DNA of 64,000 nucleotides. Origin: Eledone cirrhosa. Lineage: Eukaryota. Position 1 is the stretch's first letter. Each line of letters opens with the position of its first letter. Below the pieces are notes generated by a model, which saw only the letters and a program-made list of their open reading frames with translations, had not been told where the DNA came from and did no database searches. Below are positions 55,065 through 64,000 of this stretch, piece after piece. The position numbers were made by a program, and so were the translations under genes. The DNA lies in assembly GCA_964016885.1 (NCBI GenBank), contig OZ024741.1, forward strand, positions 306,838,001-306,902,000. The letters are read 5' to 3'.

Positions 55065-55888
55065 CTAGCAGAATGGCCCGGTGCTGCTCGGGATTCTAAA
55101 CATAGATTGGCATGTTTATCCCTCCTTTCTGAAACAGTACAGAGAAGTATGGAATACCTCGGCCTGGGGATGGTGTCTACATTTTGTGCTTATAAAAATA
55201 ATTTGTCGTAGATTACCAGGGGTTTAACTTAATTGGGTGCTTGAGAGTAAAATGTTCAGCCCACGAAAGCGGTAGGGTTAAGTAAAAAGGCATTCGACAA
55301 ACCGAACATGTATTTGTTGTGCTATGGTACAATGAAAGCAGTAGTTACAGAGCAGTAAGCATGTGGGACTGCAGTGGTGGTGAGCATATAGGAATTTAGT
55401 TGGATACTTTTAAGGTTACAGGCCCTAACACAATAAAAATTCTAAACAATGCGGTCCCCGGGCAAAAATTTGAAATCTTTTTCAGTCAAGAAAATTTGTG
55501 AAACATAAGTAATGCATATGCAAAGTTAAAAAAAAATCGGTTGGCTACTTTCGTGTTACAGGCCCTAACCCAACCAAAATGTTTCAAAAAATCGCCCCTG
55601 GGGCAAAAAAATGAGAAAAAATGAGAAAATCTTTTTTGCTCAAAACTCTTTAAACGACATAAGTAATGCAAATTTTGAAGAAATCACCTGGATTATCGTT
55701 CTGTTATGCATCAAATGAGCCTTTAAAGCCTAAAATATGTGGTTTTTCGCCTTATGCGGTCCCAGGGGCATTGAAAGTCACACACGACCATAAGTATTAC
55801 GTGTGTAAAATTTGAAAAAAATCGGTTGGGTGGTTCTCCATTTTTAGGGGGACAGACAGACAGACATTCTCCCTTTTAAATATATAGA
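55065..55888 (-). mobile_element. Complete non-autonomous Helitron
   Basis: The minus strand reads A|TCtatata...(tgtc)n...cccgagcagcaccggg hairpin-ccattctg-CTAG|T. Internal repeats (gttacaggccctaac, aaaaaatcggttgg). Confidence 0.78.
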
Positions 55889-55893
55889 TATAT

Positions 55894-55950
<57 letters not shown>

Positions 55951-55954
<4 letters not shown>

Positions 55955-56801
55955 GCAAGAAACTAAGCAGGCTGTGTGGTTACTATAAACAAAGTTTAAG
56001 ATGGTAATATGGACAAAACAAGAGAAGAAACCCTTCATCAGCTGTTAACTGCAGATCATAGATGTTCTGGCGCTTAAAACAGGACATCGAAATCGATCAG
56101 CAGCGCGCCCAAGGCTTTTTATCAATCAAAAGGCCCTGAGGGGAAGAAAAGATAAGATAGTGAAGAGAGAGGAAGAAAGAGAAAAAAGGAAAGAGGAAAA
56201 AACGAAGTAAACTAACCAAATGGAGGGGTGACACAGGACAATGGCACATGCAAGTGAGTAACCGAGGAGAAAATAGAGAAAGTTACAATGAACCGATTAG
56301 ACTTAAGTCTTTTGGTCATTATTATTGCAGAGCGAGGCTTTTCCGTGCGATCTCAGCAAAGTGAGTGTAGATAGGGAGAGAAACTGGAAGTGAGAGGGAG
56401 AAGGGAAAGGGAGATAATCCAAAAGGGGTTTGCAACATGTGTGAGACCAGGTCGAAAACGAGCAGATGGATAGAGATAGAGAGAAAAGGAAGAGAGAGAA
56501 GGAGAGAGAGTCAATATGAAAGTGTGGTGGGACAACAAATCGAGCCAAACAGATAGAGGGGAGGTCACAGCGGTAAATACAAAATTACAAGAAACAGAGC
56601 AGGATGTGTGGTTACTGTAAACAAAGTTTAAGATGGTGATATGGACGAAACAAGAGAAGAAACCCTTCATCAGCTGTTAACTGCAGATCATAGATGTTTC
56701 GGCGCTTAAAACAGGACATCAAAATTGATCAGCAGCGCGCCCAAGGCATTTTGTCAATCAAAAGGCCCTGAGGGGAAGAAAAGATAAGATAGTGAAGAGA
56801 G
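55951..56801. repeat. ~220-bp direct repeats flanking a ~400-bp purine-rich spacer
   Basis: 55951-56170 matches 56583-56801. Confidence 0.85.
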
Positions 56802-56928
56802 GTTTCCGTCCTCACGTTGCATTGGTAGATCATGTTATGTTCTCGGCATCTGTTGTTGAGGGGGCACGTAGATCTATCAGGGCTGTTACAATCCTTTTGA
56901 CAACTACAACCTGCCCATATAAGGAATT

Positions 56929-57024
56929 ACCCCTTGAAAAGTTTGGCTATTTATTTACCACGCTACAAATTCTAATTTAGTCCAGAAATAGCCGTCGAAA
57001 CGGCTTGAGCTCTGCCGTCGGGGT
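56929..57024 (+). ncRNA. Hammerhead, U3-A8 core, long loop II (tandem copy at 57866-57961)
   Basis: acccc-TTGAAAA-gtttggctattt..aaatagccgtc-GAAA-cggc ttgagctct gccg-TC-ggggt. A PLE C-terminal remnant (LFMKDQLLN..DELVTACKHR, ~57570-57640) lies between the two copies. Confidence 0.82.
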
Positions 57025-57251
57025 TAAACTTTTTCCTATTACCCACTCTACTACCCTAAGTATTGAGTACTCTGGTGCGTTATGGTCCATCTGGTTCCTT
57101 ACCACACCTCCTTCGTTATATATATATACATATACAGTATATATATACACACCACACACATATATATATACAATATATATATGTACATAAATATATATAG
57201 ACACAAATATATATACATATATATATATATACAACATATATATAGATATAC

Positions 57252-57283
<32 letters not shown>

Positions 57284-58097
57284 CAGTATATATATACAAT
57301 AATTGGTGTTGGATTCTTAAAGCGTCCGTATACGGTAGGCCGTTTGAGCAATCGATGCTCTCATAGAGCAGAGTATATCACAGAAAAAAAGAGAATCAGT
57401 GTTGCGACGAATGGAATTTATTACAATCGTTTCTCTGGTGACCAGCTCGAGGTACGATGGATGTGATGATCGAACTTGACTCTTAAAATCGTAAGGTCCT
57501 CAGATACGTCTTGATTCTACGAAGCAGATTTTCCTAATGGAAAGGCCGCTGTCCGTGTAACATTACAAATGCTGTTTATGAAGGACCAACTCCTAAACAA
57601 AAAAAGACGAACTTGTGACTGCATGTAAACACCGATACTTACCTCGTAGGACTTACCTCGCCCTCAAACCCCCTCATGACCCGGGTGGGTATACAATAGG
57701 TGCAACATTCTCCTTTTCCCCACTTGCCGAATAAGATAGGAGAAACCACAGCTAACATAAGTAGATGTACTTCTTTTCTTTTCCTTTTTATTTTCTTCTA
57801 CTCTTTATCTCTTCCTATCACTTCATTCCACTCCCCATCCTCCTCATTTTCCCATATAAGGAATTACTCCTTGGAAAGTTCGGCTATTTATTTACCACGC
57901 TAAATATTCTAATTTAGTCCAGAAATAGCCGTTGAAACGGTTTGAGCTCTGCTGTCGGGGTCAAATATTTTCCAATTATCCACTCTACTACACTAAGTAT
58001 TGAGTACTCTGGTGCATTATGGTCCATCTGGTTCCTTACCACACCTCCTTTGTTATATATATATATATATACACACACACAATATATATATATACAC

Positions 58098-58600
58098 ACT
58101 AACTGGCCTGTCCGGCTGGCACCTGGCAAGGTATACCGCCATTTTATCTTTTCAGGATTCCCCCCTCCACTCCAGAGCAAAGGTACCACACGCCCTCTCA
58201 AGTTAGCAAGGGGGTAGGGAGGGGGTGTTTCTGATGTTGGTTTTGAATAGTTTTTAGGATTCCCCAGTTCAACAGTCAGTACATTAAAGAAAATTGATAA
58301 TTACAACAATAAAGGCTGAACAGAGAACACATTTTTTAACAAAATTTACAATAATTTTTCGAACCATAATGGGAATTCAAAGTAACAGAAAATACATAAA
58401 TTACATTGTTAGAGCCTCAGAGTATACAATAGTTTTTGTTCGGTCCTCGGGAGCAAAGAGATTATTTGGCGAGCTCACCCTAGAGCATCCTACATACAAT
58501 TGACCATGGGAGAAGCATGGTTTTCCATGCAACTTTTAGGGTTTGACCCTGAACTTCGTTGATGGTAGTGCGAAGCTTAGTCTCTCTGTTGCTCTAGTAA
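58098..58600 (-). mobile_element. Helitron helicase C-terminal remnant
   Basis: RLSFA-TINEVQGQTLKV...PCFSHGQLYVGCSRV...TKTIVYSEAL on the minus strand (~58405-58585). Confidence 0.72.
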
Positions 58601-58761
58601 TATTTTTTCTTCTGGAAAATCTGATGTTGCGGCCAGGCTGGGACCTTTTGGGTGGCATATCGGCAGTAACAATGACGATAAGCCGTCTGAGCTTTCGTGA
58701 AATAAATACGTTTATTTATATTTTGTTTTTGTGAATGCAAAAATATCTGTACACGAATATA

Positions 58762-58797
<36 letters not shown>

Positions 58798-58808
58798 TAA
58801 CAGATTAA

Positions 58809-58859
58809 AGTTTAAGCAAAGAATCGCTGCTTTCACCCTTAACAGGATCTTCTGAAACT
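58809..58859 (-). ncRNA. Hammerhead-like motif, U4A variant
   Basis: agttt-CAGAAGA-tcctgttaagggt-GAAA-gca gcgattctt tgc-TT-aaact. Confidence 0.62.
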
Positions 58860-59299
58860 AAAAAAAATCAATCTGTGAACGCAGAAGTAAATATTTTGAA
58901 AAACGTTGCAACTGAAGGAAAACAGGAAGACGATACTTTGGTTCGTGAAGTCAGATAGATATTATAAGCGTGCAACGTTATAGCTATGTATCTAATGCAG
59001 ACAGCCAGACGTACAGAGACATATTATAAGGGCGCGATGTTATAGCTATGTATCTATCTAAAAAGACAGACTAAGAAAGAGAGGTGAATGTTGTATAAAC
59101 GGCAGTGTTGACATTTAAAACTTTTAAAGAAGTGAATATTTAAATAAACGATAAAATATCTTTAATCTTTCAACGAAATTTAGAAGACAAAAATACCCTT
59201 ACTTTCTTACTTGGAAAAAGTTACATCTATGGTGCAAATTTGGTGCTGTTTAGTCCAGCCGTTTGGCGAAAAGTTTGTTACATACATATCAGCTTTATA

Positions 59300-59365
<66 letters not shown>

Positions 59366-59523
59366 GTAGAAAGGATAACACACTAGAGGGAGAGAGTGTG
59401 TGCCATCAATAAACAGGGAAAGCACCAGTGTATGGAATCTATAAACTACGGAAGGTGAGGTAGACACATAATAATTAAAAATATAAATCAAAATGAATAT
59501 ACCTACCTCTATAACTGTATATC

Positions 59524-59606
59524 ACACACGTACAAATCCAAAGGGATTCGTTTCCCCCCAAAATTAGTGGCCGAAATGGAAATACCTATGGCTCATCAGT
59601 GTGTGT
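59524..59606 (-). ncRNA. Type I hammerhead with 8-bp stem III
   Basis: acacaca-CTGATGA-gcca...tgggg-GAAA-cgaatcc cttt ggatttg-TA-cgtgtgt. The adjacent 59612-59641 is inverted at 59901-59929. Confidence 0.7.
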
Positions 59607-60136
59607 AGAGCAGATACATTCCAGACAACTCTAAAAATATTTAAGATAACCGCCTTGCAACACGTGGTAGGGAGAAGAGATGGCGTCTGAAGGACAGTGA
59701 ACCAGCGGCCTTTGTGGGATGGGCGGCTAGAAATGGCAGCCGTAAACCACTCAAAGAAAAGTGCTCAACCAAACAGAGCGAAGAAAGACTGTTATAAGAA
59801 GCAAAATATCCAAATATTAATGGAGTCATAGACTTGCGTTACTCCCTGTAAATTATGTGCTCAAAGGAAAAGGAATCCTGGGCTCTTCAAAATACAATCA
59901 ATATTTTTAGAGTTGTCTGGAATGTATCTATATATATATATATATATATATACAAAAGAGAGATATTTGATATATCTCATTTGAAATGATACAGCCAATT
60001 TTCCACACAATACAATTAGTTAGCACCCCGAACGTTTAATTAGGAATATACTCAGATATTTCCTAATGTTTGTTGAGTGAGCTGGAATTTGGCCGGAGTA
60101 TCGCTTTTAGCTTTCTCCGATTATGTATTTATATAT

Positions 60137-60205
<69 letters not shown>

Positions 60206-60309
60206 ATATATTTATATATATATAGATATAGATATATACAATATATATAGATATATGTATATATATATACACATATATGTATATATATATATATACAATA
60301 TATATATGA

Positions 60310-62125
60310 GTATTAGCAGCATCATCATTAACTGCTACACGGGTAAAGTAGATGTTCTAGATAGGGGAAACTATAGAGGCATTAAGTTAGTTGAGCAGGT
60401 CATGAAGGTCACAGAAAGAGTTATAGCGCAACTAATCAGAGAGCGAATTGATCTAGATGAAATGCAGTTTGGGTTTGTGACAGGTAAAACTACCACAGAC
60501 ACTCTTTTCCTTGTACGACAACTAAAGGAGAAGTACCTAGCTAAAAGTAAACCCCTCTACTTAGCTTTTGTAGAAGAAAGACTTTGACAGAGTCCCCCGC
60601 TCCATTATCTGGTGGGCGCTTAAAAAACTAGGTGTAGATGAATGGCTTGTGAGAGCTATACAAGCCAGGTATAAAGAAACAATCAGCAAGGTTAGAGTTA
60701 ACAATGAATATAGTGAAGAATTTGGTGTAAAAGTTGGTGTTCATCAAGGCTCTGTACATAACCTCCTCCTATTTATTATTGCCATTCAGGCTATAACAGA
60801 GGAGTTCAAGACTGGCTGCCCATGGGAACTTCTATACGCAGATGATCTAACTCTTATAGTTGAATCGATGGCTGAACTAGAGAAGAAATTCTAAACATGG
60901 AAGCATGGCCTAGAATCAAAAAGCCTTAAAGTTAACTTGTCTAAGACTAAACTTCTTGTATGTAGAATGGAAAATAGGGCACAGGTGGCCTCCGGGAAAT
61001 GGCCATGCTCAGTGTGTAGAAAAGGAGTACGCAGAAATTCCATTTTATGTCCCAAATACAAACTATGGGTACATAAAAGATGTAGTGGGATCACAGGTAA
61101 GCTATCTAAGAACATACATTATATATGTGGCCGATGCTGAGGTGCAATAAGTAGCAAGTGCCCACAGGATACAAGCTCCTTCTATTGCCCAGATGGTTCT
61201 ATAGAAACAGTGGACACTTTCCATTACTTGGGTGACAAAATCAGCAGTGGTGGAGGGTGCTCTGAAACTACAGTAGCCAGAGTTAGAACAAGATGGAAAA
61301 AGTTGAGAGAGCTTATACCACTATTGGCCATTAAAGGTTTCTCTCTAAAAATGAAAGGCAGATTGTATGATGCCTGTATCCGAACAGCAATGTTACATAG
61401 CAGTGAAACATGGGCATTGTGTGCAGAGGACCTGCGCAGACTTGAGAGGAACGAAGGAGGCATGGTCCGTTGGATGTGCTAAATGAACTAAGTGAGAAAT
61501 TAGGTATAAGAGGGATCAGATGCTGTTTACTCGAGAGAAGACTATGTTGGTATGGTCACGTGATGCGCATGAAAGATAACAGCTGTATATAAAAGTGCAG
61601 GGCGATCAAAAATTGATGGAAGTTACAGAGTGGGTAGACCCAGAAAACCATGATTTGATAAATTCCAACCGTACACACTTACACCTCACTAAGACAGTGT
61701 CCTAGACCGAGGTCTTTGGTGCCACGCAGCAATACAGAAGATCCACCTTGAATATGTACAAAGCGAAACCTACATTCAGTATGCACCTCATAACCAAATA
61801 TACACCCGATCCCACTACCCCTGCTCCACCACCCCAATCCCACCAACACCAGCCTTTCCCTGTAAAGTTTTGTTGGTACCACAACATCCAGTCCAAACTA
61901 ATGAGGTCGTGTAGGTTTCACAACAACAAAAAACTGTCCACACTGTAAGGTGGCCATGTAGGTAACCCGGTAAAAACCTCCCAGTCCACACTGTAAACGT
62001 GGTTGGTGTTAGGAAGGGCATCCAGCTGTAGAAAACCTGCCAGACAGTCCTATACGGGCGAAACACGGTCACCCAACCAATCTTGCCTCATGTAGGACAA
62101 TTCCCGTCTAAACGATGATGATAAT
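60310..62125 (+). mobile_element. RTE LINE RT to 3' end (same subfamily as 1-998)
   Basis: NYRGIKL, QFGFV, GVHQGSV, WELLYADD, 3' UTR and (gat)n. Confidence 0.92.
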
Positions 62126-62229
62126 AAATATATATATATAGAATATATATATATATAGAATATATATATATAGAATATATATACATAGAATATATATATA
62201 TAGAATATATATATATATAGAGAGAGAGA

Positions 62230-63100
62230 AAGCTTATACCACTATTAGTCGCTAAAGGGTACTCCCTAAAAATGAAAGGCAGGTTGTATTATGCCTGCAT
62301 ACGAACAGCAATGTTGCATGGCAGTGAGACATGGGCATTGTGTGCAGAGGATATACGCAGACTAGAGAGGAACGAAGCGTGCATGCTCCGCTGGATGTGC
62401 AATAGTAATATACGTGAACGGCAAAGCATAAACGAACTAAGGAAAAAATTAGAAATAAGAGGGATAAGATGTTATTTACTCGAGAGAAGGCTACGTTGGA
62501 ATGGTCACGTGATGCGCATGAAAGACGACAGCTGTATAACAAAGTGCAGGGCAATAAAGATAGACGGTAGCCACGGAGTAGGCAGACCCAGAAAAACCTG
62601 GGACGAGCTGATAAATTCCGACCTCACACACTTACACCTCTCCAAGACAATGTCACTGGACCGAGACCTTTGGCGGTACTCAGTAATAGAGAAGACCCGC
62701 CTTACCTAAATACAAAGTAAAACCTACTACAGCCAGTAGGCATCTCTAACAAAATACACCCCCGTCCCACCACCCCCACCCCATCCACACCGCCCCTTTC
62801 AATGTAAAGTTATGTTGGTGCCACAACATCCAGGCCGAAACAAATGAGATCGTGTAGGTGTCACGACAAAAAACACACAGTCCACGCTGTAATGTGGCCG
62901 TGTAGGCAACACGGTAAAAACCTCCCAGTCCACACTGTAAATGTGGTTGGTGTTAGGAAGGGCATCCAGCTGTAGAAAACCCGCCAGACAGTCCTATGCG
63001 AGCAATCACAACCACTCTTGCCTCAAGTGGGAAAACTCCCGTCCAAACACATGCAAGCGTGGAACATGGACGTTAAACGATGATGGTGATGATGATGATT
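62230..63100 (+). mobile_element. RTE LINE 3' end
   Basis: ORF 62272-62709 (LHGSETW...RRLRWNGHV...GRPRKTW) and a (gat)n tail. Confidence 0.9.
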
Positions 63101-63160
63101 GAATATATATATATAGAATATATATATATATAATATATATATATATAATATATATATATA

Positions 63161-63359
<199 letters not shown>

Positions 63360-63545
63360 CAATATATATATATAAAATATATATATATACAATATATATA
63401 AATATATAGATATAGAATATATATATATAAATATATATACACAATATATATATATATATACAATATATATAAATTTATAGATATAGAACATATATATATA
63501 TATATACACATACAATATATATATATACATATATATATTTATTTA

Positions 63546-63613
<68 letters not shown>

Positions 63614-63728
63614 ATATATATATATATACAATATATACAATATACTCTACTACCTTAAGTATTGAGTACTCTGGTGCATTATGGTCCATCTGGTTCCTTA
63701 CAACAACTCCTTCGATATATATATATAT

Positions 63729-63776
<48 letters not shown>

Positions 63777-64000
63777 AACAAGTAAGACCCCGACGGCTGA
63801 GCTCAACCCATTTCGACGGCTAATTCTGGACCGACGGCTAATTTGGTCCAGAATTAGCCGTTCAAACGGCTTGAGCTCAGCCGTCGGGGTCTTACTTATT
63901 CCTATTACCCACTCTACTACCCTAAGTATTGAGTACTTTGGTGCGTTATGGTCCACCTGGTTCCTTACCACATTTCCTTCGTTATATATATATATATATA

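Noticed and set aside
59640-59900. More GC-rich unique stretch as a possible host exon
   Set aside because: No recognisable protein similarity or supportable splice structure, and it lies between inverted arms of an HHR cassette.

Overview
Gene-free, AT-rich eukaryotic DNA made almost entirely of (TA)n/(CA)n/(CAT)n microsatellites interleaved with decayed transposable elements. The repeat content looks like an octopod cephalopod genome, which is my inference only. No host exon could be supported. Recognisable elements are: about 10 RTE-clade LINE copies from several subfamilies, BovB-like RTE, CR1-like and L1/Tx1-like LINE fragments, one nearly complete Neptune-type Penelope-like element (PLE; RT + Cys linker + GIY-YIG, inverted pseudo-LTRs) plus several PLE 3' fragments, several Helitron remnants, an internally deleted DD37D (maT-type) Tc1/mariner element, a solo LTR with a 4-bp TSD, and tRNA-headed SINEs. 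The main signal the ORF track does not show is about 20 distinct type I hammerhead-ribozyme (HHR) loci, over 25 copies counting inverted partners, all read by eye. Most sit in short ORF-less fold-back cassettes embedded in (TA)n. They include U3-A8, U4C, U4A and A9C core variants and hammerheads whose stem II domain is expanded to 50-100 nt. None has been tested for cleavage.
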